Positions 27,328 to 37,299 are shown, numbered from the stretch's first letter. The stretch is DNA of 64,000 nt from Bacilli bacterium (GCA_017502465.1 JAFVUY010000130.1:44940-108939), one strand, 5' to 3'. The notes: a model not told the origin generated them from the letters alone. Translations and numbers: made by a program.

Positions 27328-28203
27328 TTATTTCTCTAGTTTTTTTATTATCAAATCTATTATTTCTTTTTCCGTTATATTATTTACTGCAAACACTCTT
27401 TTTCCCATATAGTTTAAAGATGTTCCAAGCGAATAACAGATTGAATCATCAATAATCAAATATCTATCGTGAAATGCATTAGTTTTAACAATTTCTAACT
27501 GTCCATATTGTTTTCTAAAGATATCGACATCACTTTTATCTAGCTTGCTTCTATCAGAAATACAAACACATAGTTTTACTCCATCTTTTCTCTTTTTAAA
27601 ATAACGTAAACCAGTCTCATCTAAATATGGATCGATTATAATAATCGACTTATTTGCACCAAATATTAGTGAGCAAATAAAATCATATGCATCAAAATAT
27701 TGCCCATCATAAAATAACCTTTGCTTAATCGGTTCAATAAATGTTTTTTCTTTGATCTCGGCTATTTCGTTTTTAATCTCTCTAACGTTGTTTTCTAGTT
27801 CGAGGAACAATTCTTTTGTAACAGTCACTCGGTCACCATCGATAACATAGCCTTTCAATAAATATTGTTTTAGAACATTATTTGCCCATTTTCTAAAGAT
27901 GATTCCCCTTTTTGACTTGACTCTATATCCAACAGAAATAATGACATCTAAATTATAATAATTTGATTCATATAACCTATTTCTTGATTGAGGAACATGT
28001 GCATTTTTTGCACGTGTACTTTTTTCATCAAGTTCTCCTTCTTTATAAATATTATTTATATGTTTTGAAATAACGGTTCTATCTCTTTCAAATAATAAGG
28101 CAATTTCATCCTTAGTGAGCCAAACTGTATCTTCTTCTGGTGACACATTGACATCTAATTCAAATTCATTATCTTTAAATTTAATAAGTTTATAATGATT
28201 CAT
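27328..28203 (-). CDS. RhuM-family protein with C-terminal PLD-like (HDR motif) domain
   Basis: 291 aa. The N-terminal part TVWLTKDEIALLFERDRTVISKHINNIYKEGEL ... YYNLDVIISVGYRVKSKRGIIFRKWANNVLKQYLLKGY is the RhuM signature as I remember it. The C-terminus has IIIIDPYLD ... FHDRYLIIDD..YSLGTSLNYMGKRVFAV. Confidence 0.65.
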   Translation of the reverse strand: MNHYKLIKFKDNEFELDVNVSPEEDTVWLTKDEIALLFERDRTVISKHINNIYKEGELDEKSTRAKNAHVPQSRNRLYESNYYNLDVIISVGYRVKSKRGIIFRKWANNVLKQYLLKGYVIDGDRVTVTKELFLELENNVREIKNEIAEIKEKTFIEPIKQRLFYDGQYFDAYDFICSLIFGANKSIIIIDPYLDETGLRYFKKRKDGVKLCVCISDRSKLDKSDVDIFRKQYGQLEIVKTNAFHDRYLIIDDSICYSLGTSLNYMGKRVFAVNNITEKEIIDLIIKKLEK

Positions 28204-28312
28204 AAAAAGTCTCCTCCTCGCTTTTTATTCTACCATAATATATTCTTTAATTCTACTTATAATGTACCAATTTGCTTAATTGCGCCGATACTTTGGGAAA
28301 AGCGGTCAATAA

Positions 28313-28534
28313 ATAAGAAAATGGACTTGTCCAGAATGTGGATCAGTCCATGATAGAGATTGTAACGCTGCTAAAAATATACTCAGTAAGGGAATTGAAA
28401 TACTTACAAAGGATGGGACACATCCGGATAGCTTGTTTATGCTTGATTCAATAGAGTCATCGAGCAAGAAGCCCCACTTCGATAAGTGGTGGAATGTCAC
28501 TAGTTTGGAGATAATTAAAGCTATAGTTTGCTAA
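28313..28534 (+). pseudogene. C-terminal remnant of an IS200/IS605-family TnpB (OrfB zinc-ribbon end)
   Basis: The plus-strand frame reads IRKWTCPECGSVHDRDCNAAKNILSKGIEIL... This is the canonical TnpB terminal motif (WxCxxCGxxHDRDxNAAxNI) with no upstream RuvC body. A stop codon lies at 28310-28312, and degenerate frameshifted traces may extend back to ~28262. The 64-aa minus-strand track ORF here is its antisense shadow. Confidence 0.6.
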
Positions 28535-28571
28535 TATTAATCATTGATTAGTGCAGTTATAAGTTATCTCC

Positions 28572-30377
28572 CTATTTCCTTATATTTTTATACATAGGGC
28601 CATAGGCTTCGCACGCTCTATAATCTTGCCCTTCCTTATCCATGCCAAAGGCGTTCCAAGAAGATGGGCGATAAATTTTCGATTCATCAACATTGTGCAT
28701 GCAAACCGGAATTCTCAAAATAGAAGCCAGCGTAATTAAATCCGCACCGATATGGCCATAGCTAATAGCACCGTGATTTGCCCCCCAGTTATTCATCACA
28801 TCATATGCTGATGTAAATGGATATTTGCCAGTAATTCTAGGAGTAAACCATGTACATGGCCAAGTATAATCAGTTCTCTTCCATAATGTATCAGTGACTT
28901 CATCAGGAAGCTTAACACTCCATCCTTCAACAATTTGTAAAACTGGTCCTAAGCCTTTAATGATATTTAATCTAATCATGGTCATAGGCATTTCAGCTTT
29001 TGTTACAAACCTAGAAGAATATCCACCGCCTCTGAAATATCCGAGATCAGCATATGGCCAAGTAGTGTGATCCATCATGGTCTTAATATCTTTATCGGTA
29101 ACTTCCCACCACTTCTTCATAATGGGATTACCGTTTTCATCTTTGCATTCACCACATGCATCAACACAAGTGGCACCACTATTAATCAAATGTAAGAAAC
29201 CATCTGCTTCTTTAGCGTGGCCATCGATTTCATAACCAGTGACTCTTTTAACGGATTCACTAGACCAATAAGTTCTCACATCAGAAAACATTTGGGCACG
29301 GCCTGTTAATAATTTCATAAATAACATGCTGGTAGCGTTTAAAGTGTCATTTTCGGTTCCTAAAACAAATGGTTCTCTTGCTCCATTCCAGTCAAATGTG
29401 GAATTAAGAATTGATTCAGGGAAGTCGCAATTAGGATAGAAGTCTGTCCATTGTCTTTGGCCTTGGAATCCACCGACAATCGCGTTATGGCCAACCATTT
29501 CTTCTTCTCTTCCTTCTGGCAAGTTTTTATTTCCGTTAAATAAGTCTTCGATAATGCAGGCCATTTTAACAGTAAATTCCCAGTCTTTTTCTTTTTGTTC
29601 AGGGGATTTTTGCAGTTCTTTTGGATTTTTATCAAAATCAGGTTTACAATATTCTTTGACCCATTTTAAAGCTTTTTCGTATTCTTTTTGATCATAGATG
29701 CCTTGTTCCATTCGACGGATGATTTCTACTTCATCAACAGATTCAACACGCATACCTAAATATTCTTCAAAGAAATTAGGATCAATAATCGAACCACCTA
29801 TACCCATGGTAACAGAACCAATTTGTAAATATGATTTTCCTCTCATAGTTGCCGCGGCAACTGCTGCACGAGCAAATCTTAATATCTTTTCTTTAACATC
29901 TTCAGGAATTTCTGTGTCATCAGCATCTTGGACTTCATGACCATAAATGCCAAAAGCAGGTAATCCTTTTTGGGAGTGTGTTGCTAAAACACTGGCAAGA
30001 TAAACGGCCCCTGGTCTTTCGGTGCCATTAAATCCCCAGACTGCTTTAATAGTCATAGGATCCATATCCATTGTTTCCGCACCATAGCACCAGCAAGGAG
30101 TAACAGTTAAAGTGATATCAACTCCACATTTTTTAAATTTATCAGCACATGCTGCTGCTTCTGCTACTCTACCAATTGTGGTATCCGCAATAACAACTTT
30201 TACAGGTTCACCATTAGAATATCTAATATTTTCTTCTAATAATTTCTTGGCGGCTTTTGCCATATTCATGGTTTGTTCTTCTAAGGATTCTCTAACTTTA
30301 ATTTTTCCTCTTCTACCATCAATTGTGGGGCGAATACCAATAACAGGATAATCACCAATAAGTCTACTTTTAGCCAT
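28572..30377 (-). CDS. fucI: L-fucose isomerase
   Basis: 601 aa. The N-terminus [52 protein letters not shown] and the length are typical of FucI. Confidence 0.9.
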   Translation of the reverse strand: MAKSRLIGDYPVIGIRPTIDGRRGKIKVRESLEEQTMNMAKAAKKLLEENIRYSNGEPVKVVIADTTIGRVAEAAACADKFKKCGVDITLTVTPCWCYGAETMDMDPMTIKAVWGFNGTERPGAVYLASVLATHSQKGLPAFGIYGHEVQDADDTEIPEDVKEKILRFARAAVAAATMRGKSYLQIGSVTMGIGGSIIDPNFFEEYLGMRVESVDEVEIIRRMEQGIYDQKEYEKALKWVKEYCKPDFDKNPKELQKSPEQKEKDWEFTVKMACIIEDLFNGNKNLPEGREEEMVGHNAIVGGFQGQRQWTDFYPNCDFPESILNSTFDWNGAREPFVLGTENDTLNATSMLFMKLLTGRAQMFSDVRTYWSSESVKRVTGYEIDGHAKEADGFLHLINSGATCVDACGECKDENGNPIMKKWWEVTDKDIKTMMDHTTWPYADLGYFRGGGYSSRFVTKAEMPMTMIRLNIIKGLGPVLQIVEGWSVKLPDEVTDTLWKRTDYTWPCTWFTPRITGKYPFTSAYDVMNNWGANHGAISYGHIGADLITLASILRIPVCMHNVDESKIYRPSSWNAFGMDKEGQDYRACEAYGPMYKNIRK

Positions 30378-30406
30378 AGTTTTAAACTCCTTTAAAATTT
30401 ATTACA

Positions 30407-32848
30407 TCAAATATACATTTCATCTTTTTCTTTTAATGAATTATCATCATAAACAATTGTTTTGACTTCATATTTATTAAAAACTAACAAAATCGTTTGT
30501 GCGCCGATTTTCAATGTGGTTTTTTGAGAAAATGATGCGTTGTTTTGTAATCTAATGATATAACCATCAATTTGTTCGCCTTTTTTCATTGTTACTAAAT
30601 TAATATTAGGATTATCAATATTTACTTCTAAGCCATTATCTATTTTTTCCTCTTTTGTTGGGAAGACATTTAAGCAATATGGCTTTTCAATAAATAAGTC
30701 CGCTTTTTTCTTTAATTCTTCTTCTTTAGAAATTGTTAATCTGAAATCAAAACTACGTAATCCCGAATCAATTTTTTTAAGATATATATTATCCGGGACA
30801 ATTGGTCCGTTATATGTTGGGTGAGCACAATATGTTGCACTTCTTAATAGAGTAATCATCATCTTGTTATCTTTATAAGAAGACCCATAAGTTGATGGGG
30901 TGATTAATTGAATAAAATTACCATTTTCTTGTTTTAATGTTAAATAATTATGGGCCACACATTCATCGCCATTATCATATAGTTTTTCAAATCCAAACAT
31001 TTCTTCTCCGGAAAAATCTTTTCCCGTTAAAGGAAGATGTAATTTATATGCTTTATTAATATCACCAGGGAAAAGATCAACGTGTACATCAATATCTGTT
31101 CCCTCTTTATAAATTTTATAAAGTATTCTGACCATAGAATCTTGATATTCAAAGAAACATTCCACACCTAAATATATACTTCCATCCTCAATCACTTCTA
31201 AAGAATGGAGATTATTAAATATGCCATGTGGCTTTTTCATCATAGCCATCGGTGTGGGGTTACTACCAACATATCGATAATTCATTCCCCACGGATCTTC
31301 ATAATCTTCATAAACATTTAATTCAAATAAATTTCCTAAAGATATTTGTTTTCCATTTATTGATAAAGACTCAATTAATCCCGTTTTTGCAGAAATTTTT
31401 AACTTTTTATCACCATTATCAAAATAAATATCTTCATCCATTTTGTTTTGTTTATTTTCTTTTAAGACTGCATGATATTTAGCAACAAATTTAGTTAATC
31501 CTAATGGCTTTAATTTGCCTTTAAATATAACGCGTTTTCTCCATTCAACGCAAATAGAAGATTCTTCTTTGATATTTTGAGAGGTCAATAAATTTCCTTC
31601 TTCATCATAAACATCGATAATAGCAACGTATCTACTATTATCGAAATCTCCAGGAGTAACTAAGCATAATTCCGCTTCAATAAGTTGTTCACTTTCATAA
31701 GCTTTGGGATTAAAAGCATATAGGAAATATTCATCTTCTTTTGAGGGAGCTTCTCCTTTTAATAATCCAAAATAGGCTTTGGCGCGAGCCTGATTTAATA
31801 AATGCATGGCGTGGCCAATATAATCCAAAGCATTATCTTCTCCTGCTTTAATTGTGGTACCCGCTAAAACATCATGGAACTCGACATTTAACATATCTTC
31901 CACAGCTTCTTTAATTTCGTTAGTTGGGTAATTAATACAACCTTTTAAAGAAGCAATTGAACTAATTTTTTCCGTGAAGAATAATTCTTTTTCTAAATTA
32001 CGATATTTTTGTTTTAATTCCACCATGGAGGTATAACAGCCAACCATACAAGAAATCAAAGATTTATCCCATTTAGCTACTGGATTAATGTCATTAAAAT
32101 ATTCATCAGCAGTAGAATGAATAATTTCTATATTTTTATTTTCATTAATGAAATTATCTATATCTTTTAAATCTTTTCTTGATGGTCCACCACCATGATT
32201 ACCAACACCCCAAGTTGATAAAATAACATCATAATCTTTTAAATTATCAATATCTTTTTTTATCTTATCAACGGCAAAGCCGAGCCCTGTTCCATAGGAA
32301 CTACATCTAGTGGCCTTAATAAGCGAACCATCATATCCTTCCCATAAAAACTCTTCTTTAGGGAGCTCTAATTGATATTTTTTAGGATCTACAAACCAAT
32401 TATACGGACGCACGAAAATATAGTTTTCTTGCCCACATTTTTTAATGATTTGCACTAAACCACGGGAATGACCAAATGGATCAAAATTTATCGCAGTTTT
32501 AGGGAATTGGTTAAATTTATTTAAAAAATATTGTTTGCCTGTTTGAATTTGTCTAACAATTGCTTCACCAGAAGGCATTAAACAATCGGGTTGAAGATAC
32601 CAACCACCCATAATATTCCATTTACCTTCTTTTACTTTTTGTTCAATATCTTTAAATAAAGATGGGGCAAGTTGCTCGGTGTATTTATAAACAACAACTT
32701 CATTGTGGTTGAATCTATAATCAAATTCTTCTAATAAATTAGCAGCGCTTTGAAAGGTTGATAAGGCGCATGAAGCTCCTTCTTCCCATTCCCATTGCCA
32801 AATCGGATCGATGTGAGCATTACATAATAGATGAACTTTTTTTACCAT
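30407..32848 (-). CDS. GH38 alpha-mannosidase (cytoplasmic)
   Basis: 813 aa with no signal peptide. The N-terminus KVHLLCNAHIDPIWQWEWEEG matches the clostridial-type GH38 N-terminal metal-binding block. Confidence 0.8.
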   Translation of the reverse strand: MVKKVHLLCNAHIDPIWQWEWEEGASCALSTFQSAANLLEEFDYRFNHNEVVVYKYTEQLAPSLFKDIEQKVKEGKWNIMGGWYLQPDCLMPSGEAIVRQIQTGKQYFLNKFNQFPKTAINFDPFGHSRGLVQIIKKCGQENYIFVRPYNWFVDPKKYQLELPKEEFLWEGYDGSLIKATRCSSYGTGLGFAVDKIKKDIDNLKDYDVILSTWGVGNHGGGPSRKDLKDIDNFINENKNIEIIHSTADEYFNDINPVAKWDKSLISCMVGCYTSMVELKQKYRNLEKELFFTEKISSIASLKGCINYPTNEIKEAVEDMLNVEFHDVLAGTTIKAGEDNALDYIGHAMHLLNQARAKAYFGLLKGEAPSKEDEYFLYAFNPKAYESEQLIEAELCLVTPGDFDNSRYVAIIDVYDEEGNLLTSQNIKEESSICVEWRKRVIFKGKLKPLGLTKFVAKYHAVLKENKQNKMDEDIYFDNGDKKLKISAKTGLIESLSINGKQISLGNLFELNVYEDYEDPWGMNYRYVGSNPTPMAMMKKPHGIFNNLHSLEVIEDGSIYLGVECFFEYQDSMVRILYKIYKEGTDIDVHVDLFPGDINKAYKLHLPLTGKDFSGEEMFGFEKLYDNGDECVAHNYLTLKQENGNFIQLITPSTYGSSYKDNKMMITLLRSATYCAHPTYNGPIVPDNIYLKKIDSGLRSFDFRLTISKEEELKKKADLFIEKPYCLNVFPTKEEKIDNGLEVNIDNPNINLVTMKKGEQIDGYIIRLQNNASFSQKTTLKIGAQTILLVFNKYEVKTIVYDDNSLKEKDEMYI

Positions 32849-32907
32849 ATTATACCTCCAGCATTATGAACTAAAATTAAAAGCTGGTTTACCAAAAAAG
32901 ATTAAGA

Positions 32908-34125
32908 TTATTTCAGTTTGAAACGAACAACACGTGTATGTAGACTTGTTCCATATCTAAAAGGAAGAACAGGGAATGATTTAGTTTTATTATCAACGAC
33001 AACTTTTTGCTTTTTATCATCCACATAAGTTGCATCGACAATTCTTTTATTAGTGTGAATAGTAACATTGGGTCTAGATTGTTTACGCGCGACATTTTCA
33101 TTGGAACTCATAGGGACATCTTTAATAACAGCATAATAATATTTATCATCTTCAAATATCAAAGCATTATCCGCTTCTAGATTAGAAGCAAGAGTATCAA
33201 ATATTAGATGGTTATTGGTTTTTACCCATCTACCAAATTCTAAAAGTGTTTCTTTTTCTATTCCTCTTAATAGACCATTTTTTAATGGACCAACATTAAG
33301 AAGCAAATTTACTTGGTGTTTTCTACAATCAATTAATTCATCAATTAAATATGGGATGCTTTTAATACAGATATCGTTTTTAGCATAGCCCCAGTGATCA
33401 GTTAAAGAATCACAGACTTCACCAGTTCTATCTTTACCATCATTATTGGAAACATTAAATGGGTTACCTCTTTCAAAAGTGACAGCATCTATTTCATAAT
33501 GGCTGACTTCTCCTAATGCGGATAGACCAGTGTTATTGATAATAATGGCGTCTGGTTGATATTTTCTAATCGTGCTATAGAGTCTATCAAATTGCCAATT
33601 TTCATTAGGTTTATCCCAATAACCATCAAACCAAAAGCCGCCTATTTTACCATAGTTTTTGCATAATATTTCTATTGATTTAATAAGGTAATCAATATAT
33701 TTAGGGAAGTTGTTTTGATAATCAGGATGCTGCCAATCTAACAATGTGTGATAAAAGAAAGGAACGATTCCTTCTTTATTACATTCATCTACAAATTCTT
33801 TTATTAAGTCTCTATGACACACGCTGTGTGGAGCATCATAATCACTTAATCCACATGTATCATATAAGGAAAAACCATCATGATGTCTAGCGGTGATATT
33901 GATATATTTAAATCCTGCTTTTTTAGCGGTTTTAACTAACTGTTTTGCCCAATTATTATTAATTTTGAAAGATTTCATCAAAGAACGATAGCCATCAGGG
34001 TCCATTCCTTCTTCATGCATTACAGAATAAAACCATTCACCTTTGCCCATTTGGCTATATAAACCAAAATGAACAAATAGGCCAAGGCCCATTTTTTTAA
34101 ATTGTTCAATTCTAATCCCGTTCAT
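32908..34125 (-). CDS. GH29 alpha-L-fucosidase (cytoplasmic)
   Basis: 405 aa with the GH29 blocks GLGLFVHFGLYSQMGKGEW and KYINITARHHDGFSLYDT. Confidence 0.85.
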   Translation of the reverse strand: MNGIRIEQFKKMGLGLFVHFGLYSQMGKGEWFYSVMHEEGMDPDGYRSLMKSFKINNNWAKQLVKTAKKAGFKYINITARHHDGFSLYDTCGLSDYDAPHSVCHRDLIKEFVDECNKEGIVPFFYHTLLDWQHPDYQNNFPKYIDYLIKSIEILCKNYGKIGGFWFDGYWDKPNENWQFDRLYSTIRKYQPDAIIINNTGLSALGEVSHYEIDAVTFERGNPFNVSNNDGKDRTGEVCDSLTDHWGYAKNDICIKSIPYLIDELIDCRKHQVNLLLNVGPLKNGLLRGIEKETLLEFGRWVKTNNHLIFDTLASNLEADNALIFEDDKYYYAVIKDVPMSSNENVARKQSRPNVTIHTNKRIVDATYVDDKKQKVVVDNKTKSFPVLPFRYGTSLHTRVVRFKLK

Positions 34126-34446
34126 AATTTAAAATTATTTTAATATAAGTCGCGAAAAAAATCATTAATACATATTATCTTTTATTTGCATTTTTTGTTG
34201 GAATTTATATAAATAATATTTTCTTTTTTCCATAAAATTGTTTTTAGAAAAGACCGAATTTTATATATAAACGACACACCAAAATTCATAAAGCCCTTCA
34301 TTATATTTTGCCTTATCTTGGCACCTTGATTCAATTGCTTATCTGCTTTAAGTAATCACCATTTCAAAAATTATGACCGCAAAACTTTTTGATTTCGTTA
34401 TTTTTGCGGTTAATTATAATTGACCAAAATTTGGAATTTTCATTCA

Positions 34447-35115
34447 TTACTTGCTGGTGTTTTTAAATACATTTTGTTCTAGAGAATCAATGATTCTATC
34501 TGCAATTCTCTTCATCCCTAAGTCACCCGGATGACTAGCGACATCAAAATTTTCAAATAATCCGATGGCTTTGTTTTCAGGAGTGTTTAGGTCTCTTATA
34601 TCTACATAAAACGCATCATTATCTTTAACGGTTCTTAGAATAACATTATCAATAACGTCATTCGCCCAGAATAAGGAAGTCACAAACACGTGTTTAGCGG
34701 TTTGTTTAGCAAACTCCAGTAGTTTATTAAATGTTGGATATAAATCATGGCCAAATTTTTGTAGTGCTGGGTATGTGTTTTCACCAATTCTAATAATGAC
34801 GATATCAGGTTGATATAGTTTTATTTCATTAAGAACATAATCTAGGTTCTCAAACTTGTAATAATCTAATTCCCAGAGCTTACCACTATAAACATAGACA
34901 GATAGCTTATCTTCTTTTTGTTCTAGATATCTAATAACATGATGAACATAGTCATTCTCTAAAGAAGAGGCTGCCATACCACACACTCTAGTCCAGCCTA
35001 ATTCTGGTCTAACCTCATGCACGGTTATAGAATTACCAATAAACATAACTCTTAGTTTGGCTTCTTTAGATGGAACACCAACATAGTATTTTGGGAAAAA
35101 ATCAATAGTTTCCAT
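34447..35115 (-). CDS. SGNH/GDSL-family hydrolase, paralogue of 21820-22503
   Basis: It has block I VMFIGNSIT and shares GMAASSLENDYVHHVIRYLEQK and block V SHPGDLGM with the paralogue. ATG 35115 is preceded by AAAGGTGA; the track start at 35124 is a GTG inside that RBS. Confidence 0.7.
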   Translation of the reverse strand: METIDFFPKYYVGVPSKEAKLRVMFIGNSITVHEVRPELGWTRVCGMAASSLENDYVHHVIRYLEQKEDKLSVYVYSGKLWELDYYKFENLDYVLNEIKLYQPDIVIIRIGENTYPALQKFGHDLYPTFNKLLEFAKQTAKHVFVTSLFWANDVIDNVILRTVKDNDAFYVDIRDLNTPENKAIGLFENFDVASHPGDLGMKRIADRIIDSLEQNVFKNTSK

Positions 35116-35175
35116 AATTATCACCTTTAATTAACATGTCATCTGGATTTACACTTTCATCTTTTGTATATCCTA

Positions 35176-36480
35176 TTAATCATCACCACCCAATAACCAC
35201 TCTTTTAAGCTTATAACTTCAATACCTTCTTCAGTGATAAATTTTTTAAAGTTATCTTTTACAATAATCACTTTTCTAAAATTATCCTTTATATTAAGCA
35301 AAGATTTTTTTTCTTGATTTTGTTTGTCTAATGATTCCATTGAATAAACAGATTGAATATATATTTTTTCATTGAATTTATTACAAATAAAATCGGTTTC
35401 AAGTTGTTTTGAAACATAATTACCCTTTTCATTTTTAATATTGATTTCAACGATTCCAACATCAACGCTATATCCTCTATATAACAACTCATTGTAGATA
35501 ATATTTTCCATTATATGTGTTGGTTCGTTTTGCCTAAAATTAATTAAAGCATTTCTAAGGCCAATGTCTGTGAAATAATATTTTGAATTAGATCCGATGT
35601 ATTTTCTTCCTTTTATGTCATATCTTTTAGCTTCTGATATCAAAAATGCATCCTTTATATATTCTATGTGATTTTTAATTGCTACATGACCATAAGCAAC
35701 ATTTTCAACGCTTTTAAATGTTTTCTCTAAATTGGTAGGATTAGTATAAGAGCCAATTGAACTAGATAATACACATAATAGTTTTTCAAATGACTCAATA
35801 TCTTTAATTCCATTTCTTTCAGTAATATCCTTGATATAAATTTCAGAGAATAATTGTTTTAAATATTCTTGTTTTCTTTCATCGTTATTTAAATTAATTA
35901 AATATGGCATACCTCCGTAATATTGGTATTCCAGATAAGCTTCTTCAAACGTTAAGTTGGAAGAATCATAAAACTCTTTAAATGATAAAGGATAGATGTG
36001 AATTTGATCTCCTCTACCTCTAAATTCGGTAATAACATCTTTAGAAAGCATTTTTGAATTACTTCCAGTAACATAAATATCAAAATTGTCATGGCTTAAT
36101 AAGCCATTTAGAGCAAGTACAAAATTATCTAAAAGCTGTATTTCATCAAGTAATAAATAATAATCTTTATTCTCTTTTGTTAAATCACTAATATAAAGAA
36201 TAAACTTTTTAGAATTAACAACATAATTATTTTTAGAATCATAAATAAGTGTTGACTCATTAGGCATATATTTGTCTAATTTCATAACATCTTCTAAATT
36301 ATCAAATGCAAAAGTAATAATTTGTGACTCTAAAATATTGTGTTCTAGTAAATATGATTTATATAGTTTGTTAAGTAAATATGATTTACCAGATCTTCTT
36401 AAACCCGTAATAACTTTAATTAGATTATTATTCTTCCTTTCAATAATCTCGTCTAAATACTTTTCTCTTTTTATTTCCAT
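35176..36480 (-). CDS. AAA-family ATPase with DUF4143-type C-terminal domain
   Basis: 434 aa. Walker A is in IKVITGLRRSGKS and Walker B in YLLLDEIQ. The layout is typical of AAA_14/DUF4143 ATP-binding proteins. Confidence 0.7.
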   Translation of the reverse strand: MEIKREKYLDEIIERKNNNLIKVITGLRRSGKSYLLNKLYKSYLLEHNILESQIITFAFDNLEDVMKLDKYMPNESTLIYDSKNNYVVNSKKFILYISDLTKENKDYYLLLDEIQLLDNFVLALNGLLSHDNFDIYVTGSNSKMLSKDVITEFRGRGDQIHIYPLSFKEFYDSSNLTFEEAYLEYQYYGGMPYLINLNNDERKQEYLKQLFSEIYIKDITERNGIKDIESFEKLLCVLSSSIGSYTNPTNLEKTFKSVENVAYGHVAIKNHIEYIKDAFLISEAKRYDIKGRKYIGSNSKYYFTDIGLRNALINFRQNEPTHIMENIIYNELLYRGYSVDVGIVEINIKNEKGNYVSKQLETDFICNKFNEKIYIQSVYSMESLDKQNQEKKSLLNIKDNFRKVIIVKDNFKKFITEEGIEVISLKEWLLGGDD

Positions 36481-36488
36481 TATTTCTC

Positions 36489-36584
36489 CTACTTTTTTTG
36501 CAAGTTTTTGCTTTTTTCGTAGTTAGATTATACTTTATAAAATTTATTTAATCAAGTTTCTATCTACTTTTTTTGCAAGTTTTT
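36489..36584. repeat. Two identical 21-nt direct repeats in the ATPase leader region
   Basis: ctactttttttgcaagttttt occurs at 36489-36509 and 36564-36584. The first copy contains the complement of the ATPase RBS (GTAGGAGA). Confidence 0.6.
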
Positions 36585-36988
36585 ATAAAAATTGTAGTAA
36601 GAACACCGATGATTTATTAATATTTATTTACAAAATTCGTTTTATCGTTCTACTAAAGAAAAAAGTGATACAGTTAAGGTATCACTCTATACATCTCGAA
36701 TTGGTGGATCCAAAGGGTTGCGATGATAACCCGCTACTCTTATATTAACGTGTCAACACAACTGGCTGACACGTTTTGTTTTTGGCTTTGATAGTATTAT
36801 GGACTTCATATTGAGTCCGTCGCGCTTGGATGTTCCTATATTAAGATGGTTATGGCTCAATATTAAGCACTTCATAACGCTGGCGCGAAAAGTTTCCACC
36901 ACTAATGAGTTTTGAATATCACTAAAAGGTCTTTAAAAATACAGTTTTTGAAACTTTGATTGAATGTTTGAAAAATGTATAACAATAA

Positions 36989-37299
36989 CTAGAGAAGTAT
37001 TTGATAATTGCTCATTCCATAAAGAACCCTAGCGATTTGAATTTCGTAGCCTCTAATACGATAGAAGGCAATGTAATTTTTGATAAGAAGCTTACGCAGC
37101 GACTTATCTTTTACATATTCGTTATAAACTAATGGATTACTCTCTGGAAAATAACGCAGATTATCAAAGCCTCACGAAAAGCATAAATTAAATCAATAGC
37201 AGCTTTTGGATTAGATAAATCTTTGTAAATATAGGCGAAGATTTTGTCCAAATCTAGTTGTGCAGATGGATAAATGTTTAAAGTATAATTACTTTCCAT
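36989..37299 (-). pseudogene. RelE/ParE-family toxin, inactivated by a 1-nt frameshift
   Basis: ATG 37299 overlaps the phd stop by 11 nt. Frame 0 gives MESNYTLNIYPSAQLDLDKIFAYIYKDLSNPKAAIDLIYAFREAL and then hits TAG at 37129-37131. The -1 frame continues from ~37165 as DNLRYFPESNPLVYNEYVKDKSLRKLLIKNYIAFYRIRGYEIQIARVLYGMSNYQILL* and stops at 36989-36991. A TGA in that frame at 37172-37174 confines the lesion to 37163-37172. Confidence 0.8.

Noticed and set aside
28306-28500. A 64-aa minus-strand ORF between the rhuM-like gene and fucI
   Set aside because: The opposite strand reads a textbook TnpB C-terminus (WTCPECGSVHDRDCNAAKNI). The minus ORF is its antisense shadow and has no start context.
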